Positions 1 to 12,212 of a DNA stretch of 64,000 nt are shown piece after piece. The notes under the pieces are model-generated. The model searched no databases. It was not told where the DNA came from and saw only the letters and a program-made list of their open reading frames with translations. Location of the stretch: NCBI GenBank assembly GCA_951406725.2, contig OX597827.1, positions 33,480,001 through 33,544,000 on the forward strand, read 5' to 3'. Every line of letters starts with the position of its first letter. The first letter of the stretch is position 1. This DNA comes from Octopus vulgaris (lineage: Eukaryota). The position numbers and the translations under genes were made by a program.

Positions 1-120
1 GCATCTGAAATCTTCAATGGCCCCCATATCTACCATCTCGCCTATAACCTTGGAGACCCAGTAATCCATTATAGCACCTGTGAACTAAACCCCCATACTT
101 TGTATGTATATATGTGTGTG

Positions 121-255
121 TATCATCATCATCAACGTTTAACGTCCGCTTTCCATGCTGGCATGGGTTGGATGATTTGACTGAGGGCTAGCAAGCCAGA
201 AGACTGCACCAAGCTCCAATCTGATCTAGCAAAGTTTCTACAGGTGGATGCCCAC
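121..255 (-). mobile_element. RTE LINE 3' tail fragment
   Basis: (CAT)n followed by GTTTAACGTCCGCTTTCCATGCTGGCATGGGTTGG, the reverse complement of the tail on the RTE copy at 38532-39936. Confidence 0.75.
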
Positions 256-533
256 ATCTATATATGTCTCTCTCTATATATATTTATTGAAAATTATACC
301 AGCTGATGTATGTCGTTTTTATATCCTCTTCATTTTCTTATTTGCTGTATAAATTAAGGGTAAACCACTTTTTACCCCACCCATGTATAACACTCAATTG
401 TGAGATTGCCATGCAATAACCAGCTCTTGGGTATGAATAATTGGGTACACTACCAGCAGTATATTGGATAGATGCTATCCTTTGATTGGTTTCCCAACCT
501 CTAACTCATACAGAAATATATGTGTGTTTATAT

Positions 534-1365
534 AGTGTAAGCTATGGACACATAAGAGGTGCAGCAATATCACAGGAAGGCTAACTGAGAAAATAGTTTT
601 TGTATGTGGCAGGTGCTCAGGAGCAATAAACACTGAAGACGTGCAGAGAACAACTTCCGTCACATTTCAGGGAGAAAAACTAGAAGTAGGGTGCACTGAA
701 AGTGTAGCTACTAGAATAAGAATAGCCTTGGCAAAGTTCAGAGAGCTCTTACCTCTACTGGTGACAAAGGGCCTCTCGCTCAGAGTAAAAGGGAGACTGT
801 ATGACGCATGTGTACGAACATCCATGCTACATGGCAGTGAAACATGGGCCGTGACTGCTGAGGATATGTGTAAGCTCGCAAGGAATGAAGCTAGTATGAT
901 CTGATGGATGTGTAATGTCAGTGTGCATACTCGACAGAGTGTAAGTACCTTGAGAGAAAAGTTGGACCTAACAAGCATCAGATGTAGTATGCAAGTGAGA
1001 CAACTGCGCTGGTATGGTCATGTGGCGAGAATAGATGAGGATAGCTGTGTGAAAACGTGCCACACCCTAGCGGTTGAGGGAACCTGTAGAAGAGGTAGAC
1101 CCAGGAAGACATGAGATGAAGTGGTGAAGCACAATCTTTGAACATTAGGCCTCGCTGAGGCAGTGACCAGAGACCGAGACTTTTGGAAATATGCTGTGCT
1201 TAAGAAGACCCGGCAAGCCAAGCGAGACCATAACCTTGTGGCCTAAGCCAGGGATGTAACCAGCCTACTTATGCATACCTTCCCTTCATTGGACATTGCT
1301 TGCAAAGACCTGTTGAGACAAGTGAAATCGAAATCAAATTCAATGACTGGCATCCGTGCTAGTGC
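534..1365 (+). mobile_element. RTE-clade LINE, 5'-truncated, RT C-terminal region, degraded
   Basis: ORFs 641-904 and 908-1114: KGRLYDACVRTSMLHGSETW, QLRWYGHVAR, RGRPRKT; near-identical to 39199-39936. Confidence 0.9.
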
Positions 1366-1391
1366 ACCATGTGTGTACATGTATATATATA

Positions 1392-1443
<52 letters not shown>

Positions 1444-1446
<3 letters not shown>

Positions 1447-2675
1447 GTATGCAGGAAGTAAATAGACGCCTTTAATTTCCAAAATCTTTTATTTAATATG
1501 CAAAGCGAACAATTGAAATGTAATTGATAGGTAGGACTACATACTTTAGTATTTAGATGACATTCCCTTTGCAGTTTTTAATTCAGAAACTCTTTTTGGC
1601 ATTGAACTGATGAGCTTTGTGATTGTCTCTTGTGGAATTTCTGCCCACTTTTCATGCAACAATTGAAACAATTCATCTTTAGATTTAGGTTTCTGTTGAG
1701 TTTTTCGTATAGCTCTATCTAGTATGTTCCAAAGATTTTCAATTGTGTTCATGTCAGGAGATTGGCTCAGCCAAGGAAGCTTTTTGATCCCATTTTCAGT
1801 CAACCATTGTTGACTTCTTTTCACTGTGTAGCACGGAACCCCATCTTCCATGAATAAAAACTCATTTTTCGTTATGTTCTCATGTGAATACATTGGAAGT
1901 AGTCCTTGCTATGGTTCCAACACATTTGATCAGCTCAGAACGACTGTTGTTGGTGACAACTCCCCATACCATTACAGAGATACTGCCATGTTTCACAGTT
2001 GGTTGGAGTTGTTTCAAATCAAATACTTGATTGGGAAGCCTCCAGACCCAAACATGTCCACTGTCTGAAAATAATGCAAATCTGGATTCATCTGAGAAAA
2101 TCACTCTATCCCAAAATGAACTTGATTTTTCTGACATCTCCTTAGCTCATTTCTTTTTTTTTCATGATATTCATTGGTTGAAGGAGAAGTTTTCTTGTAG
2201 TTGCTCGTCCATAATACCCAAGCTTATGCAGATATGTAACACACGTTCTTGGACTAAGTTGTTTTGCAATGTCAGAAGCCTTCAAATGGGGTTTCTTTTT
2301 CCACAATTCTCTTCAAACAGCGAAGCTTCCTTTCCGAGGACCCAGGTCGGCCAGGACAAGAGTCTGTTGATTCTTTTCCTTGGCTTTTAAATTGCACTAT
2401 AACTCTATTAACAGTAGCAAGAGGAATTTGAAAATTTTTGGCAATTTTTTCTGGCTAAGACCAGCCTCAGATTGCCCAGCAATACAACCACTTTGAAAAT
2501 CTGACAGTTCTACTGAATTTTTTGTGCATGGTTACTCTTTGCAGATGTTTAATATAATGGCACCTGGAATGAAAAAGAATAATTACATTGTAAATTCTAC
2601 GCCACTGAAAACATATTAAAACACTAAGATCAGAAATTTTGAAAATTAAAGGTGTCTATTAACCTCCTATATGTC

Positions 2676-2677
<2 letters not shown>
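1444..2677 (-). mobile_element. Tc1-like DNA transposon (DD34E), frameshifted
   Basis: VIFSDESRF, VMVWG, ED-34aa-E (SQSPDMNTIENLW); imperfect TIRs CAGGTATGCAGGAAGTAAATAGACGCCTTTAATTT at 1444 and its reverse complement at ~2643-2677. Confidence 0.92.
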
Positions 2678-2711
<34 letters not shown>

Positions 2712-2724
2712 CACGCACATGTAT

Positions 2725-4380
2725 ATATGGTGGAGTTGCCATGTACATCTGCAAAACCTCATAACCAAGGTCCTTTTGTCACACTCAAATTCAGTATGTG
2801 ACACACTAATTGTACATATAAGACAACCCAATGTAGTTATATGTACTACATATCGCCCTCCAATGCTCAGAATCATGCAGACAAGTTTGAAGACTGCCTT
2901 ACAAAAATAGAAGTTCTAGTTACATTAGAACAACACATAAGCATACTTCTTATGAGAGACTTCAATCTGCCCAAGAATGGCGCAATGCAAACAAGGACAG
3001 GTGAAGTCCCTCCTGAACCTCATCAACACTTTGTACATTGAACAAAAAGTACTCAAACCAACTAGGGCAGGTAATATACTGGATCTCTGCTTCACATATA
3101 ATATGGATCTTGTCCATAATGTGAAAGTGATACTGATGCTACTCTCGGATCACAACATGGTAGAACTGACCATGTACGGATCAAAGGAGACCGCGGACAT
3201 GCAGCCTACAAGAAACTCTCAAAATCTTTGTAGCTTGAACTTCCATAAGGTAAACTGGAAACAAATTGAGAAAGAGATCCTTAGACAAAATTGGCTTAAA
3301 TGTCTCTCCTCACTGGACATTGACATGAAACTTCAACAATTCATGTCTGTAATGCAAGCCATATGCTACAAATGTGTCACGGAGACAAAGGCCACAAGAA
3401 CAAAATCTCTGGGGAGAGGAAAATTCTTGGGATGGCATATAAAAATTTCAAATCACTTAAACAAATTGAAAGTAGTGAAAAATCCCGCTTGAAAATACAA
3501 ATGCTAGAACTTGAAAAAAATCTGCAACTCTCCCATGAAAAAAAAAATAGCAGACAAGGAAGCCTGGGCTACAGACAATATAAAATCTAACTCCAGAGCC
3601 TTCTACAAGTTTGCCAAAGAAACAGCTTCAGCGCACTGCAGGATGGGGCCACTCTGAAAAAGATGGTTCACTCACAGGAAACCCAATGAGGATAAGTGAA
3701 ATACTAAATGAGCAATTCAAAAGTATTTTCAATCTTCCAAGCAAGCTGAATGAGGGTAAAATATGTCCTATTCTTAAAGGTGGTAGCAGAGCAGAGGCCA
3801 AAAACTACAGACCTATCTCTCTGACTTTGCACATAGCAAAGTCATAGAACAAATAGTCAGAAGAAAACTAATCCCCTTTCCTTGAGGAAAATTAATTGTT
3901 GACTGACACTCAACATGATTTCCAACCAGGAAGAAGCTGCCTGACTCAGCTCTTACAGCACTATGACTGGATGTTGAAACAGCTGCTCAATGACTCAAAT
4001 GTGGAAGTGATATTTCTTGACTTTGTAAAGTCCTTTGATAAAGTCGATCATGGAATGTCACAAACTCCAAATTTGCCATCAGGGTATAGGACAAGATACT
4101 GCAAAATAGCCTGGGTTTTAGGGGACCACAGCTCTTCAGTATCCTCCTGAAATGCCTGAGAGACCTACATGGAGTGGATATAGGTGTTTTCAAAACGAAA
4201 CTAGACTTTTTACTGTCAAGTGTCCCAGGTGAACCAACTTCACAGCAGGAAGTGCAGATGAGGGCAGCAGCATCAGACTCCCTCATGCACCAAAAGTCAA
4301 TTTCTAAAATGAATTAGTGAAGTAAAATTGTCTCAGCATAGTGACAGCTCATGAGCTGAAACTAGATCAAATCAAATCAA
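2725..4380 (+). mobile_element. CR1/L2-like LINE remnant (APE endonuclease + RT, internally deleted)
   Basis: YRPP, DFNLP, PTRAGNILDL, LSDHNMV (APE); NYRPISL, QHDFQPGRSC, FLDFVKSFDKVDH (RT); 3' end homologous to 30245-30585. Confidence 0.88.
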
Positions 4381-4520
4381 CTCATATGTATATATATATA
4401 TACATATATATATATGTGTGCTTGTGTATGTGTGTGTATGTATATGTGTGTGTGTGTATGTGTGTATATGCATATATGTATATGGGTGTGTATATATGTA
4501 TACATGTATATACACATATG

Positions 4521-4566
<46 letters not shown>

Positions 4567-4567
<1 letters not shown>

Positions 4568-4961
4568 TAGCAGTATCACCCGGCGTTGCTCGGGTTTGTA
4601 AGGGAAATAACTATATAAGCATTTTTAGAGATGTAAAGTATAATAGCCATCTCAATATGGCTAACCACAAAGGGGGGTGTTACTGTAGCTTTTTACGTTC
4701 TGAGATTTAATAATACATTTTTAGAGAGTTACTTCCCTTATATAATAGCAAAAAAATGCATTAAAAATGGGAAAAAATGATGGTAAATTTTTTTTTAAAT
4801 CGTAGACTCATTGTAGACGAGCACTAATACCCAGAAGGGCTCGATATGAATCACGACTATAAGATACCCGCTTTTGGTTACACTGCACCGCAAAATGTGG
4901 GAGTAGTTAGGAATCTAAATCGTAGGAGACAGACACACAACTTCACTTTTATATATAAAGA
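4567..4961 (-). mobile_element. Non-autonomous Helitron
   Basis: Minus strand reads A|TCTTTATATATAAAA ... hairpin CCCGAGCAACGCCGGG ... CTAG|T: TC/CTAG ends, insertion between A and T, no TSD. Confidence 0.88.
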
Positions 4962-5508
4962 TGTATTGTGGTTTGTTCCCAAACAACACTTATTTTAGTG
5001 CTGTTGAAACCTTAATATCCAGGGGCAGCTGATGATGGAGGTATATTGGATTGTTGGTATGGCAGTGGAATAGTATTATAACACATCCTTTTGATACACA
5101 CACACACATGTATATATATATATATATATATGTATTAGCTATTGTGTATATATGTGTGTGTGTGTGTACTAGCTGTTGGACTTGGTGTTGCTTATGTTCT
5201 CTGTGTTGAAGTTAAGCCCACCTCTGACCTTGTATTGAAATCTTCTACGTTCCCCATGCCAGCTATTACAAATTAAGATTTTATATCTGGTTCGGCAGGG
5301 ATTTTACCCGGTTAATGCTTTCGACAAACTCCTGCATATTGGACCATCTGAAATCACAGTCAAACTTTTGGGTGTACCTCAACCCGTTGAGAGTGATGTT
5401 TGTTTATTTCTCTCCCCTTAATGCCATCCGCTGTACAGAATTGATCAGTGTATCCACTCTCAGCAAAATCCGAAGTAAAGTGTTAAGGCTATGTATATAT
5501 GTATGTAT

Positions 5509-5509
<1 letters not shown>

Positions 5510-5540
<31 letters not shown>

Positions 5541-5745
5541 TTAACATCCGTTTTCCATGCTAGCATGGGTTGGACGGTTTTGACAGAGGGCTGGCAACCA
5601 GATGGCTGCACCAGGCTCCAGTCTTGATCTGGCAGAGTTTCTACAGCTGGATGCCCTTCCTAACGCCAACCACTCCGAGAGTGTAGTGGGTGCTTTTTAC
5701 GTACCACCTGCACGGGGGCCAGTCAGGCGGTACTGGCAATGGCAA
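5510..5745 (-). mobile_element. RTE LINE 3' tail
   Basis: (CAT)n + CCATGCTAGCATGG + GGATGCCCTTCCTAACGCCAACCACTCC. Confidence 0.8.
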
Positions 5746-5907
5746 AGTCCAACAGCTAGTACACACACACACACACACACACATATATGTGTGTGTGTGT
5801 ATGTATAAGTATGTATATATATATATATGTGTGTGTGTGTATGTATGTATATGTATATATACATATGTGTGTATGTATATATATATATGTATATATGTAT
5901 TTATGTG

Positions 5908-5938
<31 letters not shown>

Positions 5939-6489
5939 TTATGTGTGTGTGTGTATATACATATATATATATATATGCATACTTTTTTTACTTGTTTCAC
6001 TCATTTGACTGTGGCCAGTCAATAAGTGCCAGTGTATGAAACTTTGTGACTTCTGCTGATTATTTTTTTTAAATCAGCAAAAATTATTTTGATTTTATTT
6101 GATTGTATGACTCAATCACTGTGGTTTAAAAATAGGGATGCCCATTTTGTCATACCATGTCAAATAAATTTAGAGATTACTGGAGAGAACTTGTAGATTT
6201 CTCGTGCTTTTATTCACTCATGGGGAACGCTGTTGAAAACTTTCTAATAATTAATCCATGCAAGTACTTAAGTTTTTATTCTTTGTATGACAGTTTTTCT
6301 AATATTTTGTTACTCATCAGATGGTTTTTACATCGATAGAAGTTCCATTTACTTTCTTTTTGTTCTTGTTTACTTCATTTTAAGTGTACAATTCTTTTAA
6401 TAAGTATTGAAGTCAAAATTTTGTAAGTTGTGGTAAGGCATGTAATAGGTCTGTAGTTCTTCATTTTTTTTGGTTTCTGGTCAATCAAT

Positions 6490-9400
6490 TGGGGATTTTC
6501 TAAAATTTTGTATCAGTGTACTCATTACCTTGGCAATTTCCTTTTGCCTCCCTGTGAGTGTATTTAACCAATTATTTGGTACTGGTAGCTGTTTATGCTC
6601 CAACAGGGGCAAGACAACCAGATTTCTTTAGACATCTGGAGGTTTACTTTGTAACATCTTGATCTTTAGTGCTAATGGGTGACTGTAGTGCCATCTTGGA
6701 CGCATGTTTAGATTTGTGTGAAGCTAGCTGTCAGAAGAGAGGCATGCAAAAGCCTTGCAAACCTGCTCAGACATTGTCAATTGTCTAACAGGTACAGACT
6801 GGATTTCCTGAATGTGCCAGTGCGGACATGGACAAACTGTATTGGGTCATCTGTTACATAGAGATAGAGTATTCTGTAGGCCAGTACATAAAGATAGTAA
6901 AAATTGCCTGCTTTTTAAAATCATCGGCTACACAGACCATTAGTGATCCGTATGGTCAGCTTAGATTTTGTAGGTAAGGAGCTGGTTACTAGAAGCTGAT
7001 TGTATCACTCCTGGTGTACCAAGCTTACAGAGACCAGATTAGCAAATTACTTATGCAGGCATTGATGGAGTCACCAACAAATAGGGGCAAATAGATTAGA
7101 ATTGATTAGGTTTAGTAAAGCATTAGTGATAGAAAGGAATAGAAAAGAGAAAAACTTACTTAGAAACTTAGAAGAGGCACTTAGGAAAGGTATCGCAACT
7201 GTCAAGCTGGGGGCAAGATTGGCTCTGGACCAATTCTTCAGTACTTAGCATGAAGAATGCATTGTTAGGGCTAAGGTGCATGCTCTAAGGGATGAGGAAA
7301 CAAAAGCCACTTGATGACCCCAAGTGGTAGAGGTGAAACATGGCAACAACGCCACAATTAGGTCTTTGGTGAACCAAAATGGGCAGATGTGTGCAACATT
7401 TCAGCAGCACCTCACCCAACTGTTTGGGACAAATGGCAGTCTGGAATGTAGGATAACTTCAGTGCTTACCTCAATAACATAACACAACTCTTGGCAAGGA
7501 GGGTATAGCATTACAAAATGCCTATAACAGCTGTGGAAATATGGGATGTGATGATGGGCTGCATGGGGGAGAAAATCGCCTGGTTGGCATGGTCTGCTCT
7601 ATGAGCTTTACTTTTATATGCCAAACTTGTGTGGTGGCCTCTTAGTAGATATCTTGTACAACTTGCTGCAGAATGGGAGAATTCCTAATTCTGTGAGTCA
7701 AGGAGCAGTGACACTCCTGAGAAAGGACCCCAAAAAGGAAGGTCAAATATAAAAATTTTAGGCCCATAATGCTGCATTCAGCATTATGGTGTTAACAGAG
7801 AGGTTGGCACTTGCCGTTGAGGAGCTTATTGGTGATGTGCAAACTTCACCACCCCAAGCAGATACATTCATGACAACTTCCACCTCATGCAATACATCAT
7901 AGACAGGGTGAGTAAAGAATCTGACATAGGTGCAGCTCTGATAAATTTGGATCAGTCTAAAGTCTTTGATAGGGTCAACCACCAACACTTGGCAGCTGTT
8001 CTTATGGCAATCAGTTTCAGTCCTATTTTCCATGGCTGAATCACCTTAACGTACAGCAACATCTGCCTGTTAGTTTGGGTGAGTGTTTACCTATCAGAAC
8101 CATTCAGCATCATGCACTTGATCTGTTAAGGGTGTCCCCTCTCGTTTCTTCTGTATATACTGACTGTAGAGCCACTACTGCAGAAATTGAAGGCATTGAG
8201 CGGTATCCCATGTGAACTAGGATGTAGAAGAACCATGTCAGCATACGCAAACAATGTCACTATCATAGTGTTGGACACAATGCACATAGAGTTGGTCAGC
8301 ATTGCTGTAAAAGAATATGAGGCTGTAACAAGCAAAAATTAACCATGAAAAGGCAGTGGGCCTGCAACTCAGCATCTGAAGAGACAGGTCCATGCTGACC
8401 AATAACATTGTGGGATACTGGACAGAGGGAGTGGCTAAAATGCTCGGGGTCTGGCTTGGTCCAGATCTCCAGGTGGAGAAAAACTGGCAAATGCTTACAT
8501 CACCCCTGTTATATATTACCACTTGACTTTCATGTCTTGCCCTAGTTTATGTCCAACTGCACTGGAGCGCATACTCTTCCACCTTCGGTTGAAGGGATGC
8601 ATTCCACTGGTCAGGCACCCCATTTGCTGTCAACACACACTGAATAAAGGGTTGGGCTTGCTATGGCTGCTGACGTGCAGACATGCACTCAGGTTATGAC
8701 AGCTTGTCTCTTTGACTGAGCTACAGTCCTGGATTAAACATAGACCAAAGCAGGGCACCTGGCACCTTGAAGGTCATCAGGCACTCACAGTCCCCTGTGA
8801 GTTGGGCAATGCAGGCAGTGAAAGTTTCACTCTTGAGTTCTATAGAGGGTTAGTGGTGGGCAAGTGCGATGATGTTCCTGGGTAGACTGTCAGTGAGAAT
8901 CAACTGGCAAGTCTTTTCCAGAATCCTTGGACTGGCAGTGCTACTGGGGTCACTGCTGGTTCAGGATAAACTCTCCAGGCATGGAAGTGCCATCAGCCAA
9001 GCTTGCCTGAGATGCACACAGAATGACAAAACTGTTCTGTACACTCTCATCCAGTGCGCAAGCATTGCTGACTTGTAGGTTTATGTCAAACACCTGCTGT
9101 CGTGTGGGACGGATCTGACTATCAGTTGAGTCCATCATGGAGATCATCCCGTCACCATTCTTTGATCAAGAAAGGCAAGTAGTGTCTGGTAGCCTTAGCA
9201 AAAATGGTTGTGCAGTGGACCAGATTGAAAGAGCTGAAGACAGATACTTTCTTCTTTGGCCAAGCCTTCATCAAATTTTTCAAGTTTCACTTGAAAAAGA
9301 AAGTCAAGGTAGAGAGGGAAGAGCTGTCTCTCTGCAATTTTATTAAAAGGTTGGTGAATGTTGCAAGAATCATCTGAGTGAATGGGCCTGCTCACAGCAT

Positions 9401-9640
9401 GCACATCTAGGTTGAAGGATGATGATGTAGAGAGGGCAATTACCCTAGTGGCCAGGGTGACCATGATTTTATGGGGTTTCCACAAGCAGCCCTAGGAAGT
9501 CACCTTCTTTTGAAGTATTTTTCATTGTTAAAATTTCTTTTGTTATCGTTTTCACTGTTTACATATTTGTTTTATGTAACTTTGCATTGTATGGTCTTGT
9601 ACCATTCCCAGTTTTTTTTTTGTGAACCCTTAGAAAACAC
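6490..9640 (+). mobile_element. L1/Tx1-like LINE ORF2, heavily degraded
   Basis: Remnants YAP, LMGD, TWTN (APE); LINLDQSKVFDRV, GCPLS, AYANNVT (RT); C-terminal CLRC...LIQC knuckle; many stops and frameshifts. Confidence 0.8.
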
Positions 9641-9656
9641 AATTATAATAATAATA

Positions 9657-9871
9657 CTCCTTTCTACTAAAGGTACAAGGCTTGATATTTTGGGGGAGGG
9701 GACTAGTCAATTACATCAAGCCCAGTGTTTTACTAGTACTTAATTTATCAACCCCAGAAGGAAGAAAAGCAAAGTCGACCTTGTCAGAATTTGAACCCAG
9801 AATGTAAAGATGGGTGAAATATTGCTAAGCACTTTGCCCAGCATGCTAATGATTCTGCCAGCTCTTTGCCT
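9657..9871 (-). mobile_element. tRNA-derived SINE family A
   Basis: Minus strand has A-box-like GCTGGCAGAATCATTAGC, B-box GGGTTCAAATTC and conserved core GACTTTGC(C)TTT..CCTT..GGGGT.GATAAATTAAGTAC; (TTA)n tail. Confidence 0.8.
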
Positions 9872-9885
9872 TAATAATGATAATA

Positions 9886-11142
9886 ACAAGAGCACTCAGA
9901 GAGTGCAAACCTCCGCCAATGCAGCACCAATGTCCTCTCAATGATTAGCCAGAGATGATTTTTAAAATGAGAATATTTGAAATAAACTTGACTGCTCTCA
10001 CAAATGAGAATACTAAAAATGAACCGGACCACTCTCAAAAATTAAGTCCAAAAAGAAAACACAAAAATAATCCAGAATCCTTGTCTGGTACCTGATCGAT
10101 CCCTATGGTAGTCATAGAATGCAAAAGTATCTGTAGAAAATTTAGTAACAGTAATAAATAGTTTGTCCTTATGTAATTACATGAAAAAATGCATGCATGA
10201 AAAGTAATATTCTTAAGATTATAAACCTGGAAAAGTACAGAACAAGTTATTACACCTGTAAAAGTATAGGACAAGCTATTACTTCTAGTAAAGAATAAGA
10301 AACTTTTTACTTAAAATATTGCAGCCAAAAATGCCAGTTCTTCTAATTTATCACTCTTTACAGTTATCTTTTAAATTTATTGTACAAAACTGTTCAGCTA
10401 ATTTGTAAGTTTGTTTAATTAGTCACTTTTTTCTGTATTTAAGGTAATAAATTAGCCAAATTCTACTTAAATAAGTATAGTGTTATTTGTAAACAATAAT
10501 AAAATAAGTTTTAATATTGTAATTTTAATTTTAAGTAAATATTTTAAGTAAGTTTCTTATTCTTTACTAGAAGTAATAGCTTGTCCTGTACTTTTAAAAA
10601 GGTGTCCTGTACTTTTCCAGGTTTATAATCTTAAGAATATTATTTTTCATGCTCGCATTTTTCCATGTAATCCTTGATTTTTCCAGGCATTGCTGTTATA
10701 AGATAATTAATAGTTTAAGATTTTACCTTATAAAATACTGAAAGATAATATTTGAATTTTTCCATGTAAGTGATGATAATATTTCAATTTTTCTCGTGTT
10801 TAATTTAAATATATGTTGTGATTGAATTATTTGATTTTATCCATCCACATCAAATTAATGGCAGGGATTTTTACCATGTTGTTGGTTGCAGGAGATAATT
10901 GAGAAAAAGTCAATGTAAGATCATAATCATGTAAAGTAAAGTAAATATAACAAATAATTCAGAATCCTTCTTCGGTACTGGACCAATCCCAAAATCTAAT
11001 CAGTTCATGCCAGTCATGAGGCCAAACATCCCTGAAAGTTTCATCCGAATCCATCTAGCGGTTCTTGAGTTATCTTGTCCAAGGACAAACAAACAAACAC
11101 GACTGAAAACAATATCTCCGCCTTCGTTAAGGCAGAGGTAAT
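9886..11142 (-). mobile_element. Helentron-associated (HINE/DINE-1-like) non-autonomous element with nested insertion
   Basis: Stem-loop GCACTC-AGA-GAGTGC (9892-9906), subTIR ACCTCCGCCAA (9909-9919), (AAAC)n tract, palindromic subTIR ATCTCCGCCTT-CGTT-AAGGCAGAGGT (11114-11139). Confidence 0.75.
10180..10667. mobile_element. MITE with ~140 bp TIRs, TA-flanked (CACTA/CMC-like ends)
   Basis: 10176-10320 is the reverse complement of 10538-10671; ends TA|CATG(A/G)AAAAA ... CATG|TA. Confidence 0.8.
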
Positions 11143-11156
11143 AATAATAATAATGG

Positions 11157-11367
11157 TTTCAAATTTTGCCTCAAGGGCAGTTATTTTGGGGAGGGGGTGG
11201 AGTCGATTACAGCAACTCCAGTATTTCACTGGTACTTAATTTATTGACCCCAAAAGGATGAAAGGCAAAGTCGACCTTGGTGCAATTTGAACTCAGAGCC
11301 TGAAGATGGACAAAATACCACTAAGCATTTTGCCCAGCATGCTAATGATTCTGCCAGCTCGCCGTCT
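11157..11367 (-). mobile_element. tRNA-derived SINE family A
   Basis: Homologous to 9657-9871. Confidence 0.8.
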
Positions 11368-11387
11368 TAATACTACTTATAATAATC

Positions 11388-11580
11388 CTTTCTAGTGAAG
11401 GCACAAGGCCTGAAATTTGGGGGAACGAGATTAGTTGATTACATCAACATCAGTGTTTCACTGGTACTTAATTTATTGACTCTGAAACAATGAAAGGCAA
11501 AGTTAATTTTGGCGGAATTTGAACTCAGAATGTAGCGACAGGCGAAATACTGCTAGGCATTTCATCCAGCCCACTGCCTT
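11388..11580 (-). mobile_element. tRNA-derived SINE family A
   Basis: Homologous to 9657-9871; head-to-tail with the previous copy. Confidence 0.78.
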
Positions 11581-11604
11581 AATGATGATGATGACGATGA
11601 TGAC

Positions 11605-12122
11605 AATTCAGTACCAGGCAGTGGCTCTCATGGCTCTTGATCTTAACTCATTGGATGTGTTATCATGTACATCGCTTTGTCCTAGTTTAAAATATATTCT
11701 GCTCAGTGCCACAAATTTGCTTGTCAGTTGAACATGTCCCTTAGTGGCTGATGATATGTGCAGCTCTGGTCATGAGCAGAAGTAGTTGGAGAGCATCATA
11801 GCTATGTGTTGAGAGGAATTTTGGAGGGTTTGAATAATTCACCTCTGAAAACATGGGTGTTTTGTTCATCATCCTTAAACAAACTTTATTCAGGGACCTT
11901 TTGAGTCGGATGGGCTACTCGAATTGATGAAAATTCTAACTTGGCCCCCACCTGCAAGGTCATGTGCTGTTTATCTTGATATGAGATCACCATGTTGTAT
12001 ACATATGGTTGTGATGCATGTGCCCTGTGTACCTTTATCAGATGAGTAGTCATGATGGGTATACTGGGCTTTGTATATTTTACCCCAGTGTCATTTTGAT
12101 GGCATGCACTGCTCTCTCACTC

Positions 12123-12125
<3 letters not shown>
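11605..12125. repeat. Unclassified interspersed repeat (second copy at 50047-50460)
   Basis: CAGTACCAGGCAGTGGCTCTCATGGC...GAGATCACCATG shared with 50047-50460; bordered by (GAT)n and (AAT)n. Confidence 0.8.
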
Positions 12126-12158
<33 letters not shown>

Positions 12159-12212
12159 GGTGGAAAACTGACAGAATCATTACTGCGTCAGACAAAATGC
12201 TTAGTGGCATTT

